DNA of 64,000 nt from Eledone cirrhosa (taxonomy: Eukaryota). The translations under genes and the position numbers were made by a program. The stretch is taken from NCBI GenBank assembly GCA_964016885.1, contig OZ024740.1:23808001-23872000 (forward strand), read 5' to 3'. The stretch's first letter is position 1, and each line of letters begins with the position of its first letter. This document shows positions 27,201 through 42,900 of this stretch, in pieces. Below the pieces are notes generated by a model, which saw only the letters and a list, made by a program, of their open reading frames with translations, had not been told where the DNA came from and ran no database searches.

Positions 27201-30200
27201 ACAGACCAACTGGTAGTTACAACAACATGGCTGACATATATATCTTGTGTAGCTAGAGAAGGAAGCTGAGTCAACCAACAGACCAACTGGTAGTAACAAC
27301 AACATGGCTGACATTTATATCTTGTGTAGCTAGATAATGAAGCTGAGTCAGCCAACAGACCTACTAGTAGTTACAACAACATGGCTGACATATATAGCTT
27401 GTGTAGCTAGAGAAGGCAGCTGAGTCAACCAACAGGCCAACTGGTAGTTAAAACAACATGGCTGACATATATAGCTTGTGTAGCTAGAGAAGGAAGCTGA
27501 GTCAAGCAACAGACCTACTGGTAGTTACAACAGCATGGCTGACATATATATCTTGTGTAGCTAGAGAAGGAAGCTGAGTCAGTCACCAGACCAACTAGTA
27601 GTTACAACAACATGGCTGACATATATATATCATGTGTAGCTAGAGAAGGAAGCTGAGTCAGTCACCAGACCAACTAGTAGTTACAACAACATGGCTGACA
27701 TATATATATCATGTGTAGCTAGAGAAGGAAGCTGAATCAACCAACAGACCAACTGGTAGTTACAACAATATGGCTGACATATATAGCTTGTGTAGCTAGA
27801 CAAGGAAGCTGAGTCAACCAACAGCCCAACTGGTAGTTACATCAACATGGCTGACATATATAGCTTCTGTAGCAAGAGAAGGAAGCTAAGTCAACCAACA
27901 GACCAACTGGTAGTTACAACAACATGGCTGACATGTATAGCTTGTGTAGCTAGAGAAGGCAGCTGACTCAGCCAACAGACCAACTAGTAGATACAACAAC
28001 ATGGCTGACATGTAAAGCTTGTGTAGCTAGAGATGGCAGCTGACTCAGCCAACAGACCAACTAGTAGTTACAACAACATGGCTGACATATATAGCTTGTG
28101 TAGCTAGAGAAGGCAGCTGAGTCAACCAACAGAACAACTGGTAGTTACAACAACATGGCTGATATATATAGCTTGTGTAGCTAGAGAAGGCAGCTGAGTC
28201 AACCAACAGAACAACTAATAGTTACAACAACATGACTGACATATATAGCTTGTGTAGCTAGAGAAGGAAGCTGAGTCAGTCAACAGACCAACTGGTAGTT
28301 ACAACAACATGGCTGACATATATAGCTTGTGTAGCTAGAGAAGGAAGCTGAGTCAACCAACAGACCTACTGGTAGTTACAACAACATGGCTGACATATAT
28401 ACCTTGTGTAGCTAGAGAATGAAGCTGAGTCAACCAACAGACCAACTGGTAGTTACAACAACATGGCTGACATATATAGTTTATGTAGCTAGAGAAGGAA
28501 GTTGAGTCAACCAACAGACCAACTGGTAGTTACAACAACATGGCTGACATATATATCTTGTGTAGCTAGAGAAGGAAGCTGAGTCAGTCACCAGACCAAC
28601 TAGTAGTTACAACAACATGGCTGACATATATACCTTGTGTAGCTAGAGAATGAAGCTGAGTCAACCAACAGACCAACTGGTAGTTACAACAACATGGCTG
28701 ACATATATAGTTTATGTAGCTAGAGAAGGAAGTTGAGTCAACCAACAGACCAACTGGTAGTTACAACAACATGGCTGACATATATATCTTGTGTAGCTAG
28801 AGAAGGAAGCTGAGTCAGTCACCAGACCAACTAGTAGTTACAACAACATGGCTGACATGTATAGCTTGTGTAGCTAGAGAAGGCAGCTGACTCAGCCAAC
28901 AGACCAACTAGTAGATACAACAACATGGCTGACATGTAAAGCTTGTGTAGCTAGAGATGGCAGCTGACTCAGCCAACAGACCAACTAGTAGTTACAACAA
29001 CATGGCTGACATATATAGCTTGTGTAGCTAGAGAAGGCAGCTGAGTCAACCAACAGAACAACTGGTAGTTACAACAACATGGCTGATATATATAGCTTGT
29101 GTAGCTAGAGAAGGCAGCTGAGTCAACCAACAGAACAACTAATAGTTACAACAACATGACTGACATATATAGCTTGTGTAGCTAGAGAAGGAAGCTGAGT
29201 CAGTCAACAGACCAACTGGTAGTTACAACAACATGGCTGACATATATAGCTTGTGTAGCTAGAGAAGGAAGCTGAGTCAACCAACAGACCTACTGGTAGT
29301 TACAACAACATGGCTGACATATATACCTTGTGTAGCTAGAGAATGAAGCTGAGTCAACCAACAGACCAACTGGTAGTTACAACAACATGGCTGACATATA
29401 TAGTTTATGTAGCTAGAGAAGGAAGTTGAGTCAACCAACAGACCAACTGGTAGTTACAACAACATGGCTGACATATATATCTTGTGTAGCTAGAGAAGGA
29501 AGCTGAGTCAGTCACCAGACCAACTAGTAGTTACAACAACATGGCTGACATAGATAGCTTGTGTAGCTAGATAAGGAAGCTGAGTCAGTCAACAGACCAA
29601 CTGGTAGTTACAACAACATGGCTGACATATATAGCTTCTGTAGCTAGAGAAGGAAGCTAAGTCAACCAACAGACCTACTGGTAGTTACAACAACATGGCT
29701 GACATATATAGCTTCTGTAGCTAGAGAAGGAAGCTGAGTCAAGCAACAGACCAACTGGTAGTTACAACAACATGGCTGACATATATAGCTTCTGTAGCTA
29801 GAGAAGGAAGCTGAGTCAAGCAACAGACCAACTGGTAGTTACAACAACATGGCTGACATATATAGCTTTTGTAGCTAGAGAAGGAAGCTGAGTCAACCAA
29901 CAGATCAACTGGTAGTTACAACAACATTGCTGACATATATAGTTTATGTAGCTAGAGAAGGAAGTTGAGTCAACCAACAGACCAACTGGTAGTTACAACA
30001 ACATGGCTGATATATATAGCTTGTGTAGCTTGAGAAGGAAGCTGAGTCAAACAACAGACCAACTGGTAGTTACAACAACATGGCTGACATATATATCTTG
30101 TGTAGCTTGTGAAGGAAGCTGATTTAACCAACAGACCTACTGGTAGTTACAACAAAATGGCTGACATATATAGCTTGTGTAGCTAGAGAAGGAAGCTGAC

Positions 30201-33200
30201 TCAACCAACAGACCAACTGGTATTTACAACAACATGGCTGACATATATAGCTTCTGTAGCTAGAGAAGGAAGCTGAGTCTACCAACAGACCAATTGGTAG
30301 TTACAACAACATGGCTGACATTTATATCTTGTGTAGCTAGAGAAGGAAGCTGAGTCAACCAACAGACCAACTGGTAGTTACAACAACATGGCTGACATTT
30401 ATATCTTGTGTAGCTAGATAATGAAGCTGAGTCAGCCAACAGACCTACTAGTAGTTACAACAACATGGCTGACATATATAGCTTGTGTAGCTAGAGATGG
30501 AAGCTGAGTCAACCAACAGACCAACTGGTAGTTACACCAACATGGCTGACATTTATATCTTGTGTAGCTAGATAATGAAGCTGAGTCAGCCAACAGACCT
30601 ACCAGTAGTTACAACAACATGGCTGACATATATAGCTCGTGTAGCTAGAGAAGGCAGCTGAGTCAACCAACAGACCAACTGGTAGTTACAACAACATGGC
30701 TGACATATATATCTTGTGTAGCTAGAGAAGGAAGCTGAGTCAACCAACAGACAAACTGGTAGTTACAACAACATGGCTTACATATATAGTTTCTGTAGCT
30801 AGAGAAGGAAGCTAAGTCAACCAACAGACCTACTGGTAGTTACAACAACATGGCTGACATATATAGCTTCTGTAGCTAGAGAAGGAAGTTGAGTCAACCA
30901 ACAGACCAACTGGTAGTTACAACAACATGGCTGACATATATATCTTGTGTAGCTAGAGAAGGAAGCTGAGTCAGTCACCAGACCAACTAGTAGTTACGAC
31001 AACATGGCTGACATATATATATCATGTGTAGCTAGAGAAGGAAGCTGAATCAACCAACAGACCAACTGGTAGTTACAACAATATGGCTGACATATATAGC
31101 TTATGTAGCTAGAGAAGGAAGCTGAGTCAACCAACAGACCAACTGGTAGTTACAACAACATGGCTGACATACATATCTTGTGTAGCTAGAGAAGGAAGCT
31201 GAGTCAACCAACAGACCAACTGGTAGTAACAACAACATGGCTGACATTTATATCTTGAGTTGCTAGAGAATGAAGCTGAGTCAGCCAACAGACCTACTAG
31301 TAGTTACAACAACATGGCTGACATATATAGCTTGTGTAGCTAGACAAGGAAGCTGAATCAACCAACAGACCAACTGGTAGTTACAACAACATGGCTGACA
31401 TATATAGCTTCTGTAGCTAGAGAAGTAAGCTAAGTCAACCAACAGACCAACTGGTAGTTACAACAACATGGCTGACATGTATAGCTTCTGTAGCTAGAGA
31501 AGGAAGCTGAGTCAAGCAACAGACCAACTGGTAGTTACAACAACATGGCTGACATATATATCTTGTGTAGTTAGAGAAGGAAGCTGAGTCAACCAACAGA
31601 CCAACTGGTAGTAACAACAACATGGCTGACATTTATATCTTGAGTAGCTAGAGAATGAAGCTGAGTCAGCCAACAGACCTACTAGTAGTTACAACAACAT
31701 GGCTGACATATATAGCTTGTGTAGCTAGAGAAGGAAGCTGAGTCAACCAACGGACCAACTGGTAGTTACAACAACATGGCTGATATATATAGCTTGTGTA
31801 GCTTGAGAAGGAAGCTGAGTTAAACAACAGACCAACTGGTAGTTACAACAACATGGCTGACATATATATGTTGTGTAGCTTGTGAAGGAAGCTGATTTAA
31901 CCAACAGACCTACTGGTAGTTACAACAAAATGGCTGACATATATAGCTTGTGTAGCTAGAGAAGGAAGCTGACTCAACCAACAGACCAACTGGTATTTAC
32001 AACAACATGGCTGACATTTATATCTTGTGTAGCTAGAGAAGGAAGCTGAGTCAACCAACAGACCAACTGGTAGTTACAACAACATGGCTGACATTTATAT
32101 CTTGTGTAGCTAGATAATGAAGCTGAGTCAGCCAACGGACCTACTAGTAGTTACAACAACATGGCTGACATATATAGCTTGTGTAGCTAGAGAAGGCAGC
32201 TGAGTCAACCAACAGACCAACTGGTAGTTACAACAACATGGCTGTCATATATATCTTGTGTAGCTAGAGAAAGAAGCTGAGTCAACCAACAGACCAACTG
32301 GTAGTTACAACAACATGGCTGACATTTATATCTTGTGTAGCTAGAGAATGAAGCTAAGTCAGCCAACAGACCTATTAGCAGTTACAACAACATGGCAGAC
32401 ATATATAGCTTGCGTAGCTAGAGAAGGCAGCTGAGTCAACCAACAGAACAACTGGTAGTTACAACAACATGGCTGATATATATAGCTTGTGTAGCTAGAG
32501 AAGGAAGCTGAGTCAGTCAACAGACCAACTGGTATTTGCAACAACTTGGCTGACATATATAGCTTGTGTAGCTAGAGAAGGAAGCTGAGTCAAGCAACAG
32601 ACCAACTGGTAGTTACAACAACATGGCTGACATATATAGCTTGTGTAGCTAGAGAAGGAAACTGAGTCAACCAACAGACCAACTGGTAGTTACAACAACA
32701 TGGCTGACATTTATATCTTGTGTAGCTAGATAATGAAGCTGAGTCAGCCAACAGACCTACTAGTAGTTACAACAACATGGCTGACATATATAGCTTGTGT
32801 AGCTAGAGAAGGCAGCTGAGTCAACCAACAGGCCAACCGGTAGTTAAAACAACATGGCTGACATATATAGCTTGTGTAGCTAGAGAAGGAAGCTGAGTCA
32901 AACAACAGACCTACTGGTAGTTACAACAGCATGGCTGACATATATATCTTGTGTAGCTAGAGAAGGAAGCTGAGTCAGTCACCAGACCAACTAGTAGTTA
33001 CAACAACATGGCTGACATATATATATCATGTGTAGCTAGAGAAGGAAGCTGAGTCAGTCACCAGACCAACTAGTAGTTACAACAACATGGCTGACATATA
33101 TATATCATGTGTAGCTAGAGAAGGAAGCTGAATCAACCAACAGACCAACTGGTAGTTACAACAATATGGCTGACATATATATCTTGTGTAGCTAGAGAAG
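24100..33200 (+). repeat. Older, more diverged block duplication at a 76-monomer offset (5858 bp)
   Basis: ATACATATC at 25311/31169, AGAAGTAAGC at 25563/31421 and AACGGACC at 25891/31749 (offset 5858 = 76x77+6). The offset drops to 5396 further on (AGGCC at 27434/32830), a 6-monomer indel. The copies carry private substitutions. Confidence 0.8.
27905..29550 (+). repeat. Block of about 9 monomers repeated at a 12-monomer offset (924 bp), separated by a local 3-mer duplication
   Basis: TGTAAAGC at 28011 and 28935 (offset 924 = 12x77), with linked GTAGATAC, GATGGCAG and AACTAATAG variants in both copies. Confidence 0.85.
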
Positions 33201-36200
33201 GAAGCTGAGTCAACCAACAGACCAACTGGTAGTTACAACAACATGGCTGACATTTATATCTTGTGTAGCTAGATAATAGAGCTGAGTCAGCCAACAGACC
33301 TACTAGTAGTTACAACAACATGGCTGACATATATAGCTTGTGTAGCTAGACAAGGAAGGTGAGTCAACCAACAGCCCAACTGGTAGTTACAACAACATGG
33401 CTGACATGTATAGCTTGTGTAGCTAGAGAAGGCAGCTGACTCAGCCAACAGACCAACTAGTAGTTACAACAACATGGCTGACATGTATAGCTTGTGTAGC
33501 TAGAGAAGGCAGCTGACTCAGCCAACAGACCAACTAGTAGTTACAACAACATGGCTGACATATATAGCTTGTGTAGCTAGAGAAGGCAGCTGAGTCAACC
33601 AACAGAACAACTGGTAGTTACAACAACATGGCTGATATATATAGCTTGTGTAGCTAGAGAAGGCAGCTGAGTCAACCAACAGAACAACTAGTAGTTACAA
33701 CAACATGACTGACATATATAGCTTGTGTAGCTAGAGAAGGAAGCTGAGTCAGTCAACAGACCAACTGGTAGTTACAACAACATGGCTGACATATATAGCT
33801 TGTGTAGCTAGAGAAGGAAGCTGAGTCAACCAACAGACCTACTGGTAGTTACAACAACATGGCTGACATATATACCTTGTGTAGCTAGAGAATGAAGCTG
33901 AGTCAACCAACAGACCAACTGGTAGTTACAACAACATGGCTGACATATATAGTTTATGTAGCTAGAGAAGGAAGTTGAGTCAACCAACAGACCAACTGGT
34001 AGTTACAACAACATGGCTGACATATATATCTTGTGTAGCTAGAGAAGGAAGCTGAGTCAGTCACCAGACCAACTAGTAGTTACAACAACATGGCTGACAT
34101 ATATAGCTTGTGTAGCTAGATAAGGAAGCTGAGTCAGTCAACAGACCAACTGGTAGTTACAACAACATGTCTGACATATATAGCTTCTGTAGCTAGAGAA
34201 GGAAGCTAAGTCAACCAACAGACCTACTGGTAGTTACAACAACATGGCTGACATATATAGCTTCTGTAGCTAGAGAAGGAAGCTGAGTCAAGCAACAGAC
34301 CAACTGGTAGTTACAACAACATGGCTGACATATATAGCTTCTGTAGCTAGAGAAGGAAGCTGAGTCAAGCAACAGACCAACTGGTAGTTACAACAACATG
34401 GCTGACATATATAGCTTGTGTAGCTAGAGAAGGAAGCTGAGTCAACCAACAGATCAACTGGTAGTTACAACAACATGGCTGATATATATAGCTTGTGTAC
34501 CTTGAGAAGGAAGCTGAGTCAACCAACAGACCAACTGGTAGTTACAACAACTTGGCTGACATATATATCTTGTGTAGCTAGTGAAGGAAGCTGATTTAAC
34601 CAACAGACCTACTGGTAGTTACAACAAAATGGCTGTCATATATAGCTTGTGTAGCTAGAGAAGGAAGCTGACTCAACCAACAGACCAACTGGTATTTACA
34701 ACAACATGGCTGACATATATAGCTTCTGTAGCTAGAGAAGGAAGCTGAGTCTACCAACAGACCAATTGGTAGTTACAACAACATGGCTGACATTTGTATC
34801 TTGTGTAGCTAGAGAAGGAAGCTGAGTCAACCAACAGACCAACTGGTAGTTACAACAACATGGCTGACATATATATCTTGTGTAGCTAGAGAAAGAAGCT
34901 GAGTCAACCAACAGACCAACTGGTAGTTACAACAACATGGCTGACATTTATATCTTGAGTAGCTAGAGAATGAAGCTGAGTCAGCCAACAGACCTACTAG
35001 TAGTTACAACAACATGGCTGACATATATAGCTTGTGTAGCTAGACAAGGATGCTGAGTCAACCAACAGCCCAACTGGTAGTTACAACAACATGGCTGACA
35101 TATATAGCTTCTGTAGCTAGAGAAGGAAGCTAAGTCAACCAACAGACCAACTGGTAGTTACAACAACATGGCTGACATGTATAGCTTGTGTAGCTAGAGA
35201 AGGCAGCTGACCCAGCCAACAGACCAACTAGTAGTTACAACAACATGGCTGACATGTATAGCTTGTGTAGCTAGAGAAGGCAGCTGTCTCAGCCACCAGA
35301 CCAACTAGTAGTTACAACAACATGGCTGACATATATAGCTTGTGTAGCTAGAGAAGGCAGCTGAGTCAACCAACAGAACAACTAGTAGTTACAACAACAT
35401 GGCTGATATATATAGCTTGTGTAGCTAGAGAAGGCAGCTGAGTCAACCAACAGAACAACTAGTAGTTACAACAACATGACTGACATATATAGCTTGTGTA
35501 GCTAGAGAAGGAAGCTGAGTCAGTCAACAGACCAACTGGTAGTTACAACAACATGGCTGACATATATAGCTTGTGTAGCTAGAGAAGGAAGCTGAGTCAA
35601 CCAACAGACCTACTGGTAGTTACAACAACATGGCTGACATATATACCTTGTGTAGCTAGAGAATGAAGCTGAGTCAACCAACAGACCAACTGGTAGTTAC
35701 AACAACATGGCTGACATATATATTTTATGTAGCTAGAGAAGGAAGTTGAGTCAACCAACAGACCAACTGGTAGTTACAACAACATGGCTGACATATATAT
35801 CTTGTGTAGCTAGAGAAGGAAGCTGAGTCAGTCACCAGACCAATAGTAGTTACAACAACATGGCTGACATATATATCATGTGTAGCTAAAGAAGGAAGCT
35901 GAGTCAACCAACAGACCAACTGGTAGTTACAACAACATGGCTGACATATATAGCTTTTGTAGCTACAGAAGGAAGCTGAGTCAACGAACAGACCAACTGG
36001 TAGTTACAACAACATGGCTGACATATATAGCTTCTGTAGCTAGAGAAGGAAGCTAAGTCAACCAACAGACCTACTGGTAGTTACAACAACATGGCTGACA
36101 TATATAGCTTCTGTAGCTAGAGAAGGAAGCTGAGTCAAGCAACAGACCAACTGGTAGTTACAACAACATGGCTGACATATATAGCTTCTGTAGCTAGAGA

Positions 36201-39200
36201 AGGAAGCTGAGTCAAGCAACAGACCAACTGGTAGTTACAACAACATGGCTGACATATATAGCTTGTGTAGCTAGAGAAGGAAGCTGAGTCAACCAACAGA
36301 CCAACTGGTAGTTACAACAACATGGCTGACATATATATCTTGTGTAGCTAGTGAAGGAAGCTGATTTAACCAACAGACCTACTGGTAGTTACAACAAAAT
36401 GGCTGACATATATAGCTTGTGTAGCTAGAGAAGGAAGCTGACTCAACCAACAGACCAACTGGTATTTACAACAACATGGCTGACATATATAGCTTCTGTA
36501 GCTAGAGAAGGAAGCTGAGTCTACCAACAGACCAATTGGTAGTTACAACAACATGGCTGACATTTATATCTTGTGTAGCTAGAGAAGGAAGCTGAGTCAA
36601 CCAACAGACCAACTGGTAGTTACAACAACATGGCTGACATATATATCTTGTGTAGCTAGAGAAAGATGCTGAGTCAACCAACAGACCAACTGGTAGTTAC
36701 AACAACATGGCTGACATTTATATCTTGAGTAGCTAGATAATGAAGCTGAGTCAGCCAACAGACCTACTAGTAGTTACAACAACAGGGCTGACATATATAG
36801 CTTGTGTAGCTAGACAAGGAAGCTGAGTCAACCAACAGCCCAACTGGTAGTTACAACAACATGGCTGACATATATAGCTTCTGTAGCTAGAGAAGGAAGA
36901 TAAGTCAACCAACAGACCAACTGGTAGTTACAACAACATGGCTGACATGTATAGCCTGTGTAGCGAGAGAAGGCAGCTGACTCAGCCAACAGACCAAATA
37001 GTAGTTACAACAACATGGCTGACATGTATAGCTTGTGTAGCTAGAGAAGGCAGCTGACTCAGCCAACAGACCAACTAGTAGTTACAACAACATGGCTGAT
37101 ATATATAGCTTGTGTAGCTAGAGAAGGCAGCTGAATCAACCAACAGAACAACTAGTAGTTACAACAACATGACTGACATATATAGCTTGTGTAGCTAGAG
37201 AAGGAAGCTGAGTCAGTCAACAGACCAACTGGTAGTTACAACAACATGGCTGACATATATAGCTTGTGTAGCTAGAGAAGGAAGCTGAGTCAACCAACAG
37301 ACCTACTGGTAGTTACAACAACATGGCTGACATATATAACTTGTGTAGCTAGAGAATGAAGCTGAGTCAACCAACAGACCAACTGGTAGTTACAACAACA
37401 TGGCTGACATATATATCTTGTGTAGCTAGAGAAGGAAGCTGAGTCAGTCACCAGACAAACTAGTAGTTACAACAACATGGCTGACATATATAGCTTGTGT
37501 AGCTAGAGAAGGAAGCTGAGTCATCCAACAGACCTACTAGTAGTTACAACAACATGGCTGACATATATAGCTTGTGTAGCTAGACAAGGAAGCTGAGTCA
37601 ACCAACAGACCTACTGGTAGTTACAACAACATGGCTGACATATATAGCTTCTGTAGGTAGAGAAGGAAGCTAAGTCAACCAACAGACCAACTGGTAGTTA
37701 CAACAACATGGGTGACATGTATAGCTTCTGTAGCTAGAGAAGGAAGCTGAGTCAAGCAACAGACCATCTGGTAGTTACAATAACATGGCTGACATATATA
37801 TCTTGTGTAGTTAGAGAAGGAAGCTGAGTCAACCAACAGACCAACTGGTAGTAACAACAACATGGCTGACATTTATATCTTGAGTAGCTAGAGAATGAAG
37901 CTGAGTCAGCCAACAGACCTACTAGTAGTTACAACAACATGGCTGACATATATAGCTTGTGTAGCTAGAGAAGGAAGCTGAGTCAACCAACAGACCAACT
38001 GGTAGTTACAACAATATGGCTGATATATATAGCTTGTGTAGCTAGAGAAGGCAGCTGAGTCAACCAACAGACCAACTGGTAGTTACAACAACATGGCTGA
38101 CATATATATCTTGTGTAGCTAGAGAAGGAAGCTGAGTCAGTCACCAGACAAACTAGTAGTTACAACAACATGGCTGACATATATATATCATGTGTAGCTA
38201 GAGAAGGAATCTGAATCAACCAACAGACCAACTGGTAGTTACAACAATATGGCTGACATATATAGCTTATGTAGCTAGAGAAGGAAGCTGAGTCAACCAA
38301 CAGACCAACTGGTAGTTACAACAACATGGCTGACATATATAGCTTCTGTAGCTAGAGAAGGAAGCTAAGTCAACCAACAGACCAACTGGTAGTTACAACA
38401 ACATGGCTGACATGTATAGCTTCTGTAGCTAGAGAAGGAAGCTGAGTCAAGCAACAGACCAACTGGTAGTTACAACAACATGGCTGACATTTATATCTTG
38501 AGTAGCTAGAGAATGAAGCTGAGTCAGCCAACAGACCTACTAGTAGTTACAACAACATGGCTGACATATATAGCTTGTGTAGCTAGAGAAGGAAGCTGAG
38601 TCAACAAACAGACCAACTGGTAGTTACAACAACATGGCTGATATATATAGCTTGTGTAGCTTGAGAAGGAAGCTGAGTCAAACAACAGACCAACTGGTAG
38701 TTACAACAACATGGCTGACATATATATCTTGTGTAGCTTGTGAAGGAAGCTGATTTAACCAACAGACCTACTGGTAGTTACAACAAAATGGCTGACATAT
38801 ATAGCTTGTGTAGCTAGAGAAGGAAGCTGAGTCAACCAACAGACCAACTGGTAGTTACAACAACATGGCTGACATATATATCTTGTGTAGCTAGATAAAG
38901 AAGCTGAGTCAACCAACAGACCAACTGGTAGTTACAACAACATGGCTGACATATATAGTTTATGTAGCTAGAGAAGGAAGTTGAGTCAACCAACAGACCA
39001 ACTGGTAGTTACAACAACATGGCTGACATATATATCTTGTGTAGCTAGAGAAGGAAGCTGAGTCAGTCACCAGACCAACTAGTAGTTACAACAACATGGC
39101 TGACATATATATATCATGTGTAGCTAGAGAAGGAATCTGAATCAACCAACAGACCAACTGGTAGTTACAACAACATGGCTGACATATATATCTTGTGTAG

Positions 39201-39959
39201 CTAGAGAAGGAAGCTGAGTCAACCAACAGACCAACTGGTAGTAACAACAACATGGCTGACATTTATATCTTGAGTAGCTAGAGAATGAAGCTGAGTCAGC
39301 CAACAGACCTACTAGTAGTTACAACAACATGGCTGACATATATAGCTTGTGTAGCTAGACAAGGAAGCTGAGTCAACCAACAGACCAACTGGTAGTTACA
39401 ACAACATGGCTGACATATATAGCTTCTGTAGCTAGAGAAGGAAGCTAAGTCAACCAACAGACCAACTGGTAGTTACAACAACATGGGTGACATGTATAGC
39501 TTCTGTAGCTAGAGAAGGAAGCTGAGTCAAGCAACAGACCAACTGGTAGTTACAATAACATGGCTGACATATATATCTTGTGTAGTTAGAGAAGGAAGCT
39601 GAGTCAACCAACAGACCAACTGGTAGTAACAACAACATGGCTGACATTTATATCTTGAGTAGCTAGAGAATGAAGCTGAGTCAGCCAACAGACCAACTGG
39701 TAGTAACAACAACATGGCTGACATTTATATCTTGAGTAGCTAGAGAATGAAGCTGAGTCAGCCAACAGACCTACTAGTAGTTACAACAACATGGCTGACA
39801 TATATAGCTTGTGTAGCTAGACAAGGAAGCTGAGTCAACCAACAGACCTACTGGTAGTTACAACAACATGGCTGACATATATAGCTTCTGTAGGTAGAGA
39901 AGGAAGCTGAGTCAAGCAACAGACCAACTGGTAGTTACAATAACATGGCTGACATTATA

Positions 39960-42900
39960 TATCTTGTGTAGTTAGAGAAGGAAGCTGAGTCAACCAACAG
40001 ACCAACTGGTAGTAACAACAACATGGCTGACATTTATATCTTGAGTAGCTAGAGAATGAAGCTGAGTCAGCCAACAGACCTACTAGTAGTTACAACAACA
40101 TGGCTGACATATATAGCTTGTGTAGCTAGAGAAGGAAGCTGAGTCAACCAACAGACCAACTGGTAGTTACAACAATATGGCTGATATATATAGCTTGTGT
40201 AGCTTGAGAAGGAAGCTGAGTCAAACAACAGACCAACTGGTAGTTACAACAACATGGCTGACATATATAGCTTGTGTAGCTTGTGAAGGAAGCTGAGTCA
40301 ACCAACAGACCAACTGGTAGTTACAACAACATGGCTGACATATATATCTTGTGTAGCTAGAGAAAGAAGCTGAGTCAACCAACAGACCAACTGGTAGTTA
40401 CAACAACATGGCTGACATATATAGTTTATGTAGCTAGAGAAGGAAGCTGAGTCTACCAACAGACCAATTGGTAGTTACAACAACATGGCTGACATATATA
40501 TCTTGTGTAGCTTGTGAAGGAAGCTGATTTAACCAACAGACCTACTGGTAGTTACAACAAAATGGCTGACATATATAGCTTGTGTAGCTAGAGAAGGAAG
40601 CTGACTCAACCAACAGACCAACTGGTATTTACAACAACATGGCTGACATTTATATCTTGTGTAACTAGATAATGAAGCTGAGTCAGCCAACAGACCTACT
40701 AGTAGTTACAACAACATGGCTGACATATATAGCTTGTGTAGCTAGAGAAGGCAGCTGAGTCAACCAACAGACCAACTGGTAGTTACAACAACATGGCTGA
40801 CATATATATCTTGTGTAGCTAGAGACAGAAGCTGAGTCAACCAACAGACCAACTGGTAGTTACAACAACATGGCTGACATATATAGTTTATGTGGCTAGA
40901 GAAGGAAGTTGAGTCAACCAACAGACCAACTGGTAGTTACAACAACATGGCTGACATATATATCTTGTGTAGCTAGAGAAGGAAGCTGAGTCAGTCACCA
41001 GACCAACTAGTAGTTACAACAACATGGCTGACATATATAGCTTGTGTAGCTAGAGAAGGAAGCTGAGTCAACCAACTGACCAACTGGTAGTTACAACAAC
41101 ATGGCTGACATATATATCTTGTGTAGCTAGAGAAGGAAGCTGAGTCAACCAACAGACCAACTGGTAGTAACAACAACATGGCTGACATTTATATCTTGAG
41201 TAGCTAGAGAATGAAGCTGAGTCAGCCAACAGACCTACTAGTAGTTACAACAACATGGCTGACATATATAGCTTGTGTAGCTAGACAAGGAAGCTGAGTC
41301 AACCAACAGACCAACTGGTAGTTACAACAACATGGCTGACATATATAGCTTCTGTAGCTAGAGAAGGAAGCTAAGTCAACCAACAGACCAACTGGTAGTT
41401 ACAACAACATGGGTGACATGTATAGCTTCTGTAGCTAGAGAAGGAAGCTGAGTCAAGCAACAGACCAACTGCTAGTTACAATAAAATGGCTGACATATAT
41501 ATCTTGTGTAGTTAGAGAAGGAAGCTGAGTCAACCAACAGACCAACTGGTAGTAACAACAACATGGCTGACATTTATATCTTGAGTAGCTAGAGAATGAA
41601 GCTGAGTCAGCCAACAGACCTACTAGTAGTTACAACAACATGGCTGACATATATAGCTTGTGTAGGTAGAGAAGGAAGCTGAGTCAACCAACAGACCAAC
41701 TGGTAGTTACAACAATATGGCTGATATATATAGCTTGTGTAGCTTGAGAAGGAAGCTGAGTCAAACAACAGACCAACTGGTAGTTACAACAACATGGCAG
41801 ACATACATATCTTGTGTAGCTTGTGAAGGAAGCTGATTTAACCAACAGACCTACTGGTAGTTACAACAAAATGGCTGACATATATAGCTTGTGTAGCTAG
41901 AGAAGGAAGCTGACTCAACCAACAGACCAACTGGTATTTACAACAACATGGCTGACATATATAGCTTCTGTAGCTAGAGAAGGAAGCTGAGTCTACCAAC
42001 AGACCAATTGGTAGTTACAACAACATGGCTGACATTTATATCTTGTGTAGCTAGAGAAGGAAGCTGAGTCATCCAACAGACCTACTAGTAGTTACAACAA
42101 CATGGCTGACATATATAGCTTGTGTAGCTAGACAAGGAAGCTGAGTCAACCAACAGACCTACTGGTAGTTACAACAACATGGCTGACATATATAGCTTCT
42201 GTAGGTAGAGAAGGAAGCTAAGTCAACCAACAGACCAACTGGTAGTTACAACAACATGGGTGACATGTATAGCTTCTGTAGCTAGAGAAGGAAGCTGAGT
42301 CAAGCAACAGACCAACTGGTAGTTACAATAACATGGCTGACATATATATCTTGTGTAGTTAGAGAAGGAAGCTGAGTCAACCAACAGACCAACTGGTAGT
42401 AACAACAACATGGCTGACATTTATATCTTGAGTAGCTAGAGAATGAAGCTGAGTCAGCCAACAGACCTACTAGTAGTTACAACAACATGGCTGACATATA
42501 TAGCTTGTGTAGCTAGAGAAGGAAGCTGAGTCAACCAACAGACCAACTGGTAGTTACAACAATATGGCTGATATATATAGCTTGTGTAGCTTGAGAAGGA
42601 AGCTGAGTCAAACAACAGACCAACTGGTAGTTACAACAACATGGCTGACATATATAGCTTGTGTAGCTTGTGAAGGAAGCTGAGTCAACCAACAGACCAA
42701 CTGGTAGTTACAACAACATGGCTGACATATATATCTTGTGTAGCTAGAGAAAGAAGCTGAGTCAACCAACAGACCAACTGGTAGTTACAACAACATGGCT
42801 GACATATATAGTTTATGTAGCTAGAGAAGGAAGCTGAGTCTACCAACAGACCAATTGGTAGTTACAACAACATGGCTGACATATATATCTTGTGTAGCTT